Shown here: piece after piece, positions 15,771 through 29,242 of the stretch
How the letters are laid out: the number at the start of each line of letters is the position of its first letter
How positions within the stretch are numbered: the stretch's first letter is position 1
Assembly (NCBI RefSeq): GCF_009914755.1
Contig: NC_060935.1
Direction: 5' to 3' (one strand)
Source: the human T2T-CHM13v2.0 reference genome, Homo sapiens
DNA: 64,000 bases
The notes under the pieces: generated by a model
The model's database searches: none
Seen by the model: only the letters and a program-made list of their open reading frames with translations
What the model was told of the DNA's origin: nothing
Program-made: the position numbers and the translations under genes

Positions 15771-16301
15771 TGCCTGGTTGATGCTTCTTTGCTCTAGTCT
15801 ATTAGGTTGACTTTTTGCAGTCACATGTGTTTACTAATTCTGACCCTAGGAACTGAGCTTCCAACCTTCTGTGTACAGAACTACCTCTTCCATTTTATAC
15901 GACTCTTGAGTTTTCACTTATTCAGTTATTTTTTAAACATTTAAATGACAAGCAAGAGTGGCTCGTAACTAAGTCCAGTGAACATTCATTGACTCATCAT
16001 TAAGAGACGGCTATGGGACAGAACAGGGAGGTTAATCCAGGTAAAAGTTAGGCTGGAACTTTTGTTCTCATTTGTTAGGATTTTTTAAAAAGTACTTGAG
16101 TTATTGTACATGCTTTTTTTCTTTCAAATAGAAATTCAAAGTTCATATAAACTATTCTTTCAAAAATTTAAGGCTTTTTCAGATATCAGACTCATTTTAA
16201 ATATAAAGATCCATATTCTCAAGAATTTATTTAATGACTTAGTTTGTGAAAATGAATAAAATGATAATTTATTGATAATAAGGAGAGCTCAAAGTAAGAT
16301 A

Positions 16302-17443
16302 CAGATATCTGTGTTGCTTCAATGGAAATATGTTCTAAGAAATGCATTATTAGGTGATTTCATCATTGTGTGAACAAACCTGTACAGCAGGTTACTGCAC
16401 TGAACACTGCAGGCAATTGTAACACAATGGTAAGTATTATGTATCTAAATGTATTTACTCATATAAAATCTAGAGTAAAAACATGGTTTTAAAATTAAAC
16501 AATACCCATATTGGCCACTTCCTGTGAATGGAGCTTGTGGAACTAGAATTTATTCTGGGTGAGTCAGTGAGTGAGGTTTAAGTGAATTTGAATGCCTAGG
16601 ACATTGTTGTACTTGACTGTAGATTTTTAAAACACAGTAAACTTACCCTACAGTGAATTTATAAAAAATTTTTTATTCAGTAAATTAACTTTAGCTTACT
16701 GTAACTGTTACCTTATAAATGTTATTTTTAAACTTTGTAATAACACTTAGCTCAAAATGTATTGTATAGCTGTACAAAACCATTTTATTTATTTATATCC
16801 TTATTCTATAAGTTTTTTCTATTTTTGCTTTAATTTTTTTTTTTACTTTTTAAATTTTCTTGTTAAAAACTAAGACACAAGAACACACATTAGCATAGGC
16901 CTTCACAGGGTCAGGATGATCAATATCACTGTCTTCCACCTCCACATCTTGTTCCATTGGAAGGTCTTCAGGAGCAATAACACGCGTGATGCTGTCATCT
17001 CCTATAATAACAATACCTTATTCTACACTACCTCCTGGAGGACCTGTCTGAGGCTGTTTTATAGTTAACTTTTAAAATATAAGTAGAAGGAGTACACTAT
17101 AAAATAACAATAAAAAGTGTAGTATGGTAAATATATAAACCAGTAACCAGTTATTATTATTATAGCTGGTTATAACAATAAAAAGTATAGTATGGTAAAT
17201 ATATAAACCAGTAACCAGTTATTATTATTATCAAATATTGTGCACTATATATAATTGCATATCATATACTTTTATACAACAGGCTTATTTACACCAGCGT
17301 CATCACAAACATGTGAGTAATATGTTGTGCTATGACATTATGTTGGCTCTGGCGTTACCAGGTGGTAGGAATTTTTCACCTCCATGAAAATCTCATGAGA
17401 CCACAGTTGTATATGCATTCCACCATTATGTGGTTTATGACTG
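16302..17443 (+). mobile_element. Tigger3b-like (TcMar-Tigger) non-autonomous DNA transposon
   Basis: TIR-like ends CAG..ATGTTCTAAGAAATGCATTATTAGGTGATTTCATCATTGTGTGAAC and TTATGTGGTTTATGACTG. Internal CTGGGTGAGTCAGTGAGTGAG and GTCAGGATGATCAATATCACTGTCTTCCACCTCCACATC. Confidence 0.85.
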
Positions 17444-19244
17444 CATATATTCTGTACTTACTTATATTCAAGTTATCATTAGTAGTAACTGCCAACATTC
17501 ATCTAATCAGATAGGAGTCCAGTTTTCAAACTAATATATAAGAAATAGAATATTGACATAGCCTTAGAAATAGAGCAATTTCAGAATGTATAACTTTGAA
17601 TTTCATCATTCTAATGTAATCATATTCTCAGTGTATGAGACAAAATAATGTGGAACTTCATAGTTATGTGTAGGTATATTTGATACTTTCAGCTGCCTTC
17701 CCTAAAAGAAATAAAAAAGAGACAATGAAGAAACAGATAATGAAGGTTTCTACTAGAATAGAAACACTAATATCTGAGGAAAAAAAAGTACCTGGTTCCA
17801 TATAGTTGAAAATAATGTCTTTTATTCTAAGTGTTAGACTACTTCTTAACAGTGCAGTGGTTCAAACCCCAGATTTCCCTGCTGTCTACATCATGAGTAA
17901 TACCACATTTTGATAAATCAGTATCGATAAGTGAAAAATGAGGAGCCTTTCTGTTGTTTTAAAATACATAATAAAAGAGCCAAATCATCTTCACAGGAAA
18001 CTATTAGGTTGATTTCCTGACCTGATTTTACATTTCTGATATGCAGAGCTGCTCCTTGGTTCACTGGTGCTATGCCTGAATCAGTCCTCCGCCGAGTCTT
18101 TGCTACCAAAAGTGAAAGTTGTCAAGGCAGTTTAGTAAGTGCCATTATAACGAACAAGCAGTCTCTGGACTCTGTGCTTTAAAAATCCAATAAACAGAGT
18201 TTGCACTATTTTAACTCTCTGTTAATTAAAGTAAGGACCATTTGATGGAAACGAGAGGTGGATTATGGAGGCAACTATAATTTTGTTTTCTTTTTCCCTC
18301 TCCCTTTCCTGCTCCAACCTATGTGAAGGGTAGATAGGCTATAATTGTAACAGGGATCTGGGCCACTTAATAAATGTTTAATTACATTCAGATCTGTTCA
18401 CTAAGCTCGTGAGTTATTGTCAGCCAGTTAATAGAACATTAATTAAAAAGCATATTCATAGAGGTAAGGATCATTTTCACGTGACAAGTTTCTACCTGCT
18501 TTTAGAACCCTAATGGAGAGTCTTAGCGAATTAGCATCATTTCACAAAATACCAGACCTTTGTGTCATTTAATAAAATACATCTCATGACAGCAGCATAG
18601 AATGTAAAGGAACAGTTGTGTAGGGGTGGCATCCAGATTGATTGTGTGGCTGGAAGTTAAGAAAGAATGAAGTTATAGAAGAAAGTTTTAAAGCCCTGAG
18701 TGAGAGAAAAAATGTGTAAGTTCAAAACCGTTTTCTTGGATTTTTAATATAGTTTATGGAAAATGTGTCTATAAATACTACATGAGTTTTTGTATTTGCT
18801 GGAATTCCTCTTCCTTTACATCCTTTTCCCAGGGCATTCTAATTTTACATATTTGTGATATCAGAAATTCAACAAAATGCTGATATAAGATACTGATTTT
18901 TTAGGGTTATGATGTTGAAATAATCATGCATTTAAAATTATAAACATATTTTGCATTCCTACCAAGGGAAGGCCACTGTTCTAGGGCTTAAATTTTAATT
19001 TTAATCTTGTTCATAAAATCGTGCAGCTTTCTTGTTGCAGGAATAGAACAAGATCCTCTATCTCATGGTGATTTACACTCTTGATATTTTGGAAAATACA
19101 CACATTATACAGGTGCACTGAATTAATAATTCCTTTAACAACTCTTAATTTTTAAGGAAAATTTGATATTATTAGCTAATCACTGCTCAAGATATCATAT
19201 GTTTTTAATAATGATTAGTAGTCATTGTAATAATGAATGCTAAA

Positions 19245-19490
19245 ATGTAGCTGTACTTATATCAGATATTTATTATGCTTTGTATGTATCAGGCAGTATC
19301 TTGGTGCTGTATAATCATTGCCTGATTTAGCTTTAAAAATGTCCCCATTTTAAAAATTAGGCAACTGAAGCAAAGAGCAGTTGCATAACTGGTCCAAGGT
19401 CACAGAGACAATGCATGTCCAAGCTTGGATTCAAATTTAGGCCTATCTTTCTTCCAAGCTAATGGTTTTAGCCACCACACTCCACTGCTT
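19245..19490 (-). mobile_element. MIR
   Basis: Core CCCCATTTTA....GGCAACTGAAGC..GTCCAAGGTCACA..GGATTCAAA. Confidence 0.75.
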
Positions 19491-19859
19491 TAAAACAAAC
19501 AAAAAAAATGAAAGAACATTATGAAGGAAACATTTTTTATAACTACAATTTAATCAGTAACTTTTGTTCTTTGTATTCCTAAAACAGGTCATTATGTGAA
19601 ATGATGAAATGCATCGTCATAAAAAAGTGCAAGAACTTGAACCTGAGAAGAAAAATATAAAAGGAAAAATATTCTAGAGTCAGATGTGGAAATCACCATG
19701 TCAGATTATGAAGCTGGAATTTATTCTTTGAAAAATAGAAGAAAACAAGATAAAATTATGAAGGATGCATTGCTGCTGCTTTAACAATACTCAGAGATGT
19801 AAGTTTATTACACACATGTACTAGTATGTAAAAATCATTGTCCATGTGGAGTTAAGAGC

Positions 19860-21603
19860 CCCAGAACTTTGTGTTCCTGGTCAGACTCACTCTTCCTTTT
19901 TGTCTGGCCATCACAGCCTTATTACTACCTTGTATCTTGGCAATACAAGGGCAAATTCCATTCTGCTCTTCATTCCTGCCTACATCAGTCTAAAACTCTA
20001 ATGTCATCCTACAGCCCTAGACTCTCATATTCTGTACATTGCCTGTTATCACCCCATATCCTGGCTCATTCCAACTCCTGAAACCTTTCCACTGTGGCTT
20101 TCAAAACCCATTATCTAAACTATTTGTATCATCAAGTTCTTCTCTGACTGCTCTCTACATCTTCTTGCTCTAATGAGAATCTGAGTCCTTCCTGAGGACA
20201 CTATTTCCTTTTCATCCCTCTCAAGATGTGATTATTGGACAGACATACCCCCTTATCTGGAATTAAGATATATGTCATTTGGGTCCCCAGTGCTGTTATA
20301 GATCTGTCACTTTTCCTCTTCCTCAAACCCCCTAGTTTTGAATCACATAATTTCATGTCTCCAGGTAGTACTAGCAACTACCTTCCTTGCTGTGGTCACT
20401 TTTAGATTCTTGGATTACTCACCTTCATTCCTTAGAGATTTTGGGTTCAGGCTTGTTGTCATTTTCTTCAATAGTAGTTTTGTGATAATTCAAGTGTTTT
20501 CAATAACCGTGTAGATGATCCTTTCAATACCACGAATTACCAGTTCTTTAACTCGCTTCCCTTTGATTATCTTTTGCTAACTCCACTTCAGCTATTCATT
20601 TATGATTGATAAAACTTTATTTCCTTTACAATCTCAATTTCAAATATCTTATATCAGACACCATTTCCTATTTCTCCACTTCAATCCTTCAAGAATTCTA
20701 ATTCCCACATTTTTTTAACGGAGGCAGTATTTGCTATCTATTGTTGCTATGTTTCACTTTTCCTTCCCCATAACAGGTTTATTATTAAACTAGCTTAGAC
20801 CCTATGGCTCCTCATCATCATCACACTCATCCCTTTTAACATTTACCATACTTACCTGGAAAATTCCAACACTAATAAAAATCTCTACTTATACACGCCT
20901 GCATTCAAGAAGCTGAGTGTTGCAGATGAAAGATTCACAAACATGCTTACAGGTTTCATTTTAAATTTATGATGCTAACCGGAAATGGTCCCTTAGTGCA
21001 GCCACACAATCCTGTTTTATTTTCCTGCTCCATTCACCCTTCCATTACCGTAGATAACTACTTCATGCTTTCTCTTCCCTTCTCAAACCTCCAAATTTTC
21101 CTATAATTTCCTCCTTCTAGACTTAGAAATTTTCCTTGTATTTCACTGAAGAAGACGACTTCTTTTGGCTCCCACTGTCATATCTATGTATCTTTCTGCA
21201 TCTGTTCCTGAAAGTCTTGCCTGCTCACTTTTTACTGGGAATGGACCCTGTACCCCTCAGGCAGCCCCTTTATTGAGGCTCTGTTTCCTTTTCTTTCTCA
21301 ATTATTCAAGACTCTAGATCCAGGAATAAATCTGTTTCTCATGTGATTAATCTTTTCCTTAAACTAGAAAATAGGGATTCTTGTTTCTAAACAAGCTGCA
21401 ATTTCTACTATACATACATATGTTTTATATATATAGATATATATACACACACACACACCATACCATATATACATACATATGTGTATGTATAGATATATAT
21501 GTTATATATAAGTATATATGTATACTTTTGTATATATATTTAAATATACAAATACATTTTATACAAATATATATTTGTATATTTAAATATATTTATATAT
21601 TTT

Positions 21604-21647
<44 letters not shown>

Positions 21648-22305
21648 ACACATATATTCCAGTCTATACAGATGCCAAAATAATATTTGTAAAATGCAGG
21701 TTAGTTCATTTAATCTCCATACTCAAAATCTTCTCTTGGTTTCATATAGCATTCATTAAATAAACTCTAGTTGTTACATGGCCTACCAGGACTGGCATGA
21801 CCTGGACTTATGCTGCCCCCCTGACCTATCCTTGATCCACACTTCCCCTGGATGATCCATTCCAGCCACATGGACATTCCTGATGATTTTCAATTAGGTA
21901 AATAGGTTTATACCTCAGGTCCCTTGCACCTGCTGTTCCCTCAGCTTGAAATGCTTTTCCCCCAGGTAGTCTTAGGGCTTTATCTCTCACTTTTTTCAGG
22001 TCTTTGCACAGGTATCTTCACATCGGTGCAGGATTTTCTAAATACTGTATTCAAATTACAATCCCTTTGCCACACCACTCTGTATCTCCTTTCTGTGCTT
22101 TTATTTTTCTTACTGCACCTCATCAAGTCACTATCTGGCAAACCTCGTATTTTATTTTCTGTTGATTGTTGGTCTCCCTTCTATTAGAATTTATAATTCA
22201 TAAGTCAGGTATATTTTGTCCTCTTTTTTTCTTTAACTGTTTTATTCACATCACCTAAAACAATGCTTGATATATAGTACATGTTTAGTATTTGTTAAAT
22301 AAATA
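19860..22305 (+). mobile_element. L2a-like LINE, long 3' segment
   Basis: C/T-rich ORF2 remnants, CCTCAGGTCCCTTGCACCTGCTGTTCCCTCAGCTTGAAATGC and terminal TAGTACATGTTTAGTATTTGTTAAATAAAT. Confidence 0.8.
21407..21656. repeat. compound (TA)n/(CA)n low-complexity tract inside L2
   Basis: Seen directly; includes a ~(CA)16 run near 21609-21642. Confidence 0.9.
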
Positions 22306-23009
22306 TTTAACATATAAATTTTATGTAAATAAATACACAAAAGATGACAGTACCAATCAGTACCAATCAGTTTAAAATTCCCATCTGAGTGTACCAGTGA
22401 TAGTACAGATTATGGCAGATGAGGCTAGAAGAAATACACTGAGAGAAGGGAAACTGCCTCTCTCTTGCTAATGTTACCTAGAAAACTAATGAGTATCTAG
22501 ACACTAAACACAGCTGACTGGAGAGTTTTAATAGCACAGAAACCATTAATAGGAAAAAAATTTTCCTCCTTTTAACAAACTAGCTTTGAACCATCGGTAG
22601 TGTTTCCCAAAGTGTATTTTATTTAAAAATTCTTGCAGGAGCTTTTACCAAGCATTTTTATGAGCAAGGACTTCTACTGTTACATAAACTTGAGATACAG
22701 GAGGAAAATATTCTATGTTCTGATGAGGATTATGTTTTACTATCAACTAATAGAACCAAGGAAGTATAATAGATGCAAAGCTTTAGATGACATAAACTAT
22801 TTCTCAAATACATGTGAATATTTGCATGTTTTAATATTTATAACATAATAACAACAGTAATTTTACTATTTTAAATTATGTAATTTTACTGCTACTACAT
22901 AATAAACTCTATACAAACATTTCAACTTTCTAATAGTATAATGCCAGTCTTTGGGGCTGCTACCACTATTTTGTGATTTTGTTTAAATCCTTTTTTTCCA
23001 TCCCTCACA

Positions 23010-23125
23010 CGGAGCAATGGACCAGATGTTAAAAAAAATTTGAATTCTAATCCTGGGCCCTAAATGTACTCAAGCCTATGTCCTTCAGCGAGTTCTTAAA
23101 TATCTCTAAACTTCAGGTTCTTTAA
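23010..23125 (+). mobile_element. MIR fragment
   Basis: TGAATTCTAATCCTGG..TATGTCCTTCAGCGAGTTCTTAAATATCTCTAAACTTCAG. Confidence 0.5.
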
Positions 23126-23369
23126 CTTTTGATCAACTCAACTGACATATGTTGAACACCTGCTCTAAAAAAAAATGACAATTTTAATCCCTGCTCCACA
23201 TTTCTTCATTTTTACAGCAAACATTCTAAGTGTGAAGGCATCACCACCTCTCTTCTTCAAAGCTGATATGTAAATACGTATAGCCATTTGATAATCTTTG
23301 TACTAAGATATATATAAAATAGTCCATTAAAAAGACATGACTTAGATAAAGGTAGTATTCCATAGGGAG

Positions 23370-23775
23370 GTATGGCAGATATCTAAATATTTACATCTTC
23401 TTCTTACTAGGTTTTTCTCTACCAGTCCCTCCCTGCAGCAAGATTTTATTTCTCATTGTTGTCGTGCTTGCCTATATGACTGGCTTTGTAATGAGAAATA
23501 TCAGTAGAAGTGGTATGTTTCTGTGTCAGCAGAAGCCCATAAGCTATAAAATATGGTTCCATCATGTCTCTTCTCACTTTTTCCTGAGACTGCCTTGAAC
23601 CAGATAAAGGGTACTTCTTCAGTGTTGGTCTCAGACACTGAATCTGTTCCATCACTCATGCACAGTTGATCTGTAACAGACACAAACATGAGTACAAAAT
23701 AAAGTTTTGTAGCAAGCCTCTATAATCTGAGGTTATTTGGTACCACAGGAATGCATAGCCTAAGCTAACTATATA
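23370..23775 (+). mobile_element. old MLT1 (I/J-type) LTR
   Basis: AATGAGAAATATCAGTAGAAGTG..; 3' AAATAAAGTTTTGTAGCAAGCC..GAGGTTATTTGGTACCACAG..CATAGCCTAAGCTAACTA. Confidence 0.6.
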
Positions 23776-23779
23776 AAAA

Positions 23780-24370
23780 AACCTCAGAGATAGACTGACA
23801 TTTTAGATGAGATTTGATATAAGTTGTTTACTATGTAGGCCTGGGATTAGTGAAAGAAAAGCTGGAATTCCAGGCAGAGAGCTTAAATGTGCAAAGTCCT
23901 GGAGGCCAGAAAGAGTGGTGATTTTGATGACTTACACATGTTTTGGTATCTCTAAATCTGACTTTATATACATAGAAAAGGTAAGCTTTGAGAGGTATGT
24001 CTAAATTTGACTTTACATACATAGAAAAAGGTAAGCTTTGAGAGGTAGGCCAGGTACATATGATGGTTAACTTTATATATTATGTTAAGATCTTCAGACT
24101 TTACCAAATGAATTTCAAGTATTTCAGGCACTGAAAATGGCAGCACTCATTTTGTTATTTAAAAGAGAACATTCTAGCTCCAAGGTAGATGATGGATAGG
24201 GACAGGGTGACAGACCATTTGGGATACACTTGTAATAATTCAACAGAGAAACTGGGAAAACTTGAATCACGGAGGTGACAGTGGTGATAAAAATGAAAGG
24301 ATAAATTCCAGTGGCACTTCCTCATTAATAAGACTTAATGAGCAATTGGAATGAAGAGGAACAAGTAGAA
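23780..24370 (-). mobile_element. L2 fragment
   Basis: GGAATTCCAGGCAGAG..AATGTGCAAAGTCCTGGAGGCCAGAAAGAG; TGTAATAATTCAACAGAGA. Confidence 0.7.
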
Positions 24371-24770
24371 ATAGCAATGGAGGAGCAGAAGGGTGAGGTG
24401 CCATATGTTGAAGAGCTCTAAATGTGTGTATCTCCCTTTACAAATGTGAGGAGACATCATTTCTACCACACTGTTAATGAGGAAGCATTGGAGTAGGGCA
24501 GAACAAAACAAAATGTGAACTTTGTTTTAGGTGAAGTTGTTTGATGGCAGAAGGAGAGATATGGTAGCTGAATGGCAGTTTGCAAGTGTGTCATATTCAG
24601 AGTTCTCAAATTCCTTGTTCGTATTGTCAGTAAGCAGTTGATAAACCACTTTTCACTTTAAACTGTGCCTAAAAACTCGACCCAGGATGACGACCACTCT
24701 TACTAGTTGTTTGATTCCATCTAACTTCATTATTCAGTGAAAAAGTTTCCGTTCATGACTGGAATCATAA

Positions 24771-25856
24771 TATCTTAGTCCATTCAAGTAGCTGTATCAA
24801 TGCACCACAGATTGGGTAGCTTGTTAATAACAAATTTACTTCTTGCAATTCTGGAGTCTGAGAAGTCCAAGATCAAGATAGATTCTATGTCTGGTGAAGG
24901 TCTACTTTCTAGTTCACAGATAATGCGCTCTTGCTGCTTCCTCACGTAGTGAAAGAACAGCCAACTTCTCTCAGGCCTCCTTTTTTTAAAACAAAACAAA
25001 AACAAAAACAAAAACAAAAAAACAACTTTTATTTTAGGTTCAGGGGCCCATGTGAAGGTTTATTACATAGGTAAACTCATGGCACAGGGGTTGTTGCACA
25101 GGTTATTTCATAATACCAATATTAAGTCCAGTAACCAATAGTTATCTTTTCTGCTCCTCTCCCTCCTTGCAACCTCCACCTTCAAGTAGACCCCAGAGTC
25201 TCTTGTTTCCTTCTCTGTGTTCATGAGTTATCATCATTTAGCTCCCACTTATATGTGAGAACATGTGGTATTTGGTTTTCTGTTCCTGCTGTAGTTTGCT
25301 AAGGATAATAGTCTCCAGCTCCATCCATGTTCCTCCAAAAGACATGATCTTGTTCTTTTTTATAGCTGCATAGTTTCCATAGTGTAGATGTACCCCATTT
25401 TCTTTATCTGATCTGTCATTGATGGGCATTTAGGTTGATTGCATGTCTTTGCTATTGTGAATAGTGCTGCAATGAACATTCATTTACATGTGTCTTTATG
25501 GTAGAATGATTCATATTCCACTGGGAATATGAATGGGATTGCTGGGTGGAATGGTAGTTCTGCTTTTAGCTCTTTGAGGGATCGGTATACTACTTTCCAC
25601 AATGGCTGAATTAATTTACACTCCCACCAACAGTGTAGAAGTGTTCCTTTTTCTCTGCAATCTAACCAGCGTCTGTTATTTTTTGACTTTTTAATAATAG
25701 TAAGGCCTCCTTTATAAAAGCAGTAATCACATCTACCAGGGCACCACCCTCATGATCTAATCACCTCCCAAAGGCCTTGATTCCTAATATTACCACATTT
25801 GTGATTATGTTTTAACCTGTGAATGTTGGGGGAACACACACATTCAGATCATAGCA
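24771..25856 (-). mobile_element. MLT1A LTR split by an L1 insertion
   Basis: TATCTTAGTCCATTCA..GAGAAGTCCAAGATCAAG (left part); CCCTCATGATCTAATCACCTCCCAAAGGCC..CATTCAGATCATAGCA (right part). Confidence 0.85.
24984..25702 (-). mobile_element. 5'-truncated L1PA15/16-type 3' end inside MLT1A
   Basis: CAACTTTTATTTTAGGTTCAGGGG 3'UTR. TSD AGGCCTCCTTT at 24973-24983 and 25703-25713. Confidence 0.9.
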
Positions 25857-28800
25857 ATCCAAGACAAGTGGCACTGCTATTATGACAACCACCAATAGTG
25901 AGACTGTAGTCTACACTGGGTATCTGGGTTGTTTTAGACATGTAGAAAAATGTGGCACATTTGCATTCCATGCATTCATATATTACTCCACTTTCCATTG
26001 AAAAATATTGGTGGAAGAAAACGAATCAGAAGACAACTTAAAGAAATTGATGCTATAAACTCCTGCTTTCAATGTTTGCTATTAAAGTTGTTGGATTAAG
26101 ACTTCTAGAGTATCCAAAGTTGTTTTAGTCTTTATTTTAAAACTTTGTGAGGGTCACTCACTTCTCTGAACTTCATTCTTTAGTAGTCTCAATTGTGAGT
26201 AACAGAAGGATGTGTTTGTTTAGGGAAAGGTCTTCATTTTGGCACTGCAGACTTAATAGATGCTCCATGAAACTTTGTTAAATGAATAAATGATAGTCAT
26301 AATATAAAGTGTTTTAGGTATGTAATGTTTGTGCTGAAATTTGTTGTATTGAATATAAGAGGATGAGACAATTTGGAAGAATTTGGTCTATATAAGATAT
26401 AAGGAATGAAAATGTCTGAGGAAAGATGAAACATTGCACCTTTTTGTCATAAATGAAGTAACCTGAGGAGAAATTGTCAGGAATGGAGAAGAAATCAGAA
26501 CTGCTGGTTGTGCTTTCATTTTACTTTTAAACTGGAGATATTGGTATAAATTTAATTAGCAAACTGAAGGAGAAAAATACTCTACCTCATTGACAAATAG
26601 GAAATGAGATATGGATTTACTTTCAACCTTATGCATGAAAGGAAAGCTATCCAAATAGTGAGGTGAGTGTAATATGGGGTCTTTCATATTCATTAGTTAG
26701 AGCCAAGAATGGATAAGAGGTCTCAGAAGCTATTTGATTTGACATTTAACTTTGAAAAGGGAATTTACCAACAGATAATTTGCAGGAGAGATGAAGAGAG
26801 AAGGTTAGGACTACTTGATGAATTTCAGAGGAATAGGGGAAAAGCGTAAAATATGTTGTTTTAAAGAAATTAATTAATGGTGCATTAAATGCAGGGAACA
26901 TTGGAGGAAGGACTTGGGAGTGAATAATGCAGGTGACACTGGGTATACTTCTTCCCTCTGAGTATCTAGGAAAAAAATTCCCAAGTTGGCACTCACACAC
27001 CCAAGTCAATTCAATTCAGTCATATCTTCTTTCCTCTTGTAATTCTTTTTTCCTTTTCAGGCTCCACACAGGTAGGAATGCTTTATTTTTCATTTCAGCC
27101 AGTGCTTCTGTCTTCAGCAGATACTTTATAACTGCCACTTTGGATGGAACTTGCTTTTGTTGTTTTGTTTTTCTTAAATTTTCTACTCTCTGACCTAGAT
27201 TCGATGACTCCAGTTTCTGAAGTGGTTTTAATAGAACTCGTCTATCCCCATAATTTATTCTAATAAAATATACTTATATGAACTCAGGAATTAATTCAGA
27301 AAAGGACATTCTTCTACTCCAAATGCACTTGGCCTTGTTTGTGCCCTCATTCTTCAGCTAATTCCTAGGGGAATTTAGTCAGATTGGGTAACCTTTTCTG
27401 TGCAGGTTACCTCAGTGGACTCTACTGGTCTTTATACTTTTGTGTCCCTCTGAGTGTAGATCAGATTCTCTACTTAATTACCTGAATGTGGTTTCTGTGG
27501 CTTAAACTGTCTGATGTGCTGGTTTAAGCAGTGGAAAAAATCAATAGTCTAAATCAGTCACCCCATTTCTAATTTTGTTTGTGTTACGTTATTCATCACA
27601 CTCACAAATAATGCCTTTTTTTTTTTCCTCCTGCCAAAGTAAAAATCAGGTCAAGTTAAGCAAAATAAACAGATATGGAAAAAAAGTAAAAATGTATGTC
27701 TTTATTCTTTTGATTTTGTATTTGGAGTTTACAATACAGAGACAGTATAAGAACACATGAAAATTTATTTCTGTGGAAGTATATGACTTCTGCATATGCA
27801 CATTGATGATCTACTCTGTATGCAATTAAAATAAGCAAAACCAAACTAAAGCTACTCTCAGAGCCAACTTTAAAAGAGAGATGTGTAAGGATAATAACAC
27901 CAATCTCCAAGAATTGTTTCTGGTGTTATATGAAGGAGTCTAGAACAAAATGATTGTTCAACAAATGACAGTAAAACAAACCCAAACGTGAAGCTTGAGA
28001 AAGTACACAAAATGAAGATGTCCTTGGTGATGGGGGTAGATTCTGTAGATAGGAGTCCTGCTAATTCAATCCTATGACTCAGAACTTGGGTTTCCTGCTA
28101 AATCGTTACTTCTTGAGTATCTGGGTATTTAGTGGTATCAGTAGATAAGCATGATTTTTGTATGTGTGTATCTTTTTCTGACTTCGTTGTGGTAGGGCTA
28201 TTGTCGTTGTACAGTTGTTTGTTTATTTATTTTGACCAAGGGAAGCGGTTTTTGTTGCTGTATTGTTTCTTTGTTTTAGAGACAAGGAGGGTAGAAGAAC
28301 ACCTCTTGTTTCCCTTACCTGGCCCCAGGTCCTTCAGTTTCTGCCTCTACATTTCAGTCCTTCAAGAAGAAGGGTAGAGGCAGAAACTGAAGTAACTGGT
28401 CTTATACAAAATTTTATGAGAAGTGTAAGAAACAGTGCTATTCGAGTGCCCTTAGAAGCACCAAGAATCACCACCTCAGGCAGAGCATTGCTTTCCCAGG
28501 CAATTAGCTGGGGTGGCCAACTCAGCAGAACCATGGTAGAAAACCAAAGCTGCTCAGTGAGCGCTGAAATGCCCGGTGGGCACAGCGGATTTCCAGTGGA
28601 GACCTAGCAAAACAGCGTAGTACCCAGATGGCATAGATTCATCATGACCACACATGCAAAATCCTCTGGGGACTATAGGAAATATTTGATAGTGAAGAAT
28701 ATGTTTGCAGTCAGGCATTTTGGGTGAGAAAATGAGGGCCAGAACTGAGCTGGGATAATTTGTGATGCCCTTCTAGCTATAGACTCCCTTGAAGTCACTT

Positions 28801-29199
28801 CCAGTGATAAGAGCTAATTTTATGTTGCTTATTTTGCCCACAGGTTATCACCAAAAACCATCACCAACTGTCACATTAGGCAGTCCCTACAAGGAGAGCA
28901 TTGCCTTCTGGCGTATTGTGACAAGCTTATCTGCATGCATGCACAAGTTCATATAGGACTGACATTTTTGAAAGAACACCACAGCTTGAGAAATAGAAAG
29001 AAGCTTTAGATCATCCAATCCAGGTGATTTTCACACAAAGTTTGGCTGGAAAACTTCTTAGTGAAGATGCTTTTCTACTCAATGTACATTTACTGAGCAC
29101 ATACACATATGTAAATACAGATATGAATAGAATATAGTGCTTATCTTAGAAATGATTCTGTTTATTAAAGGCATCTCTTTCTCTCACTCTGTCAAACAG

Positions 29200-29210
29200 A
29201 CACATGTGTG

Positions 29211-29242
<32 letters not shown>

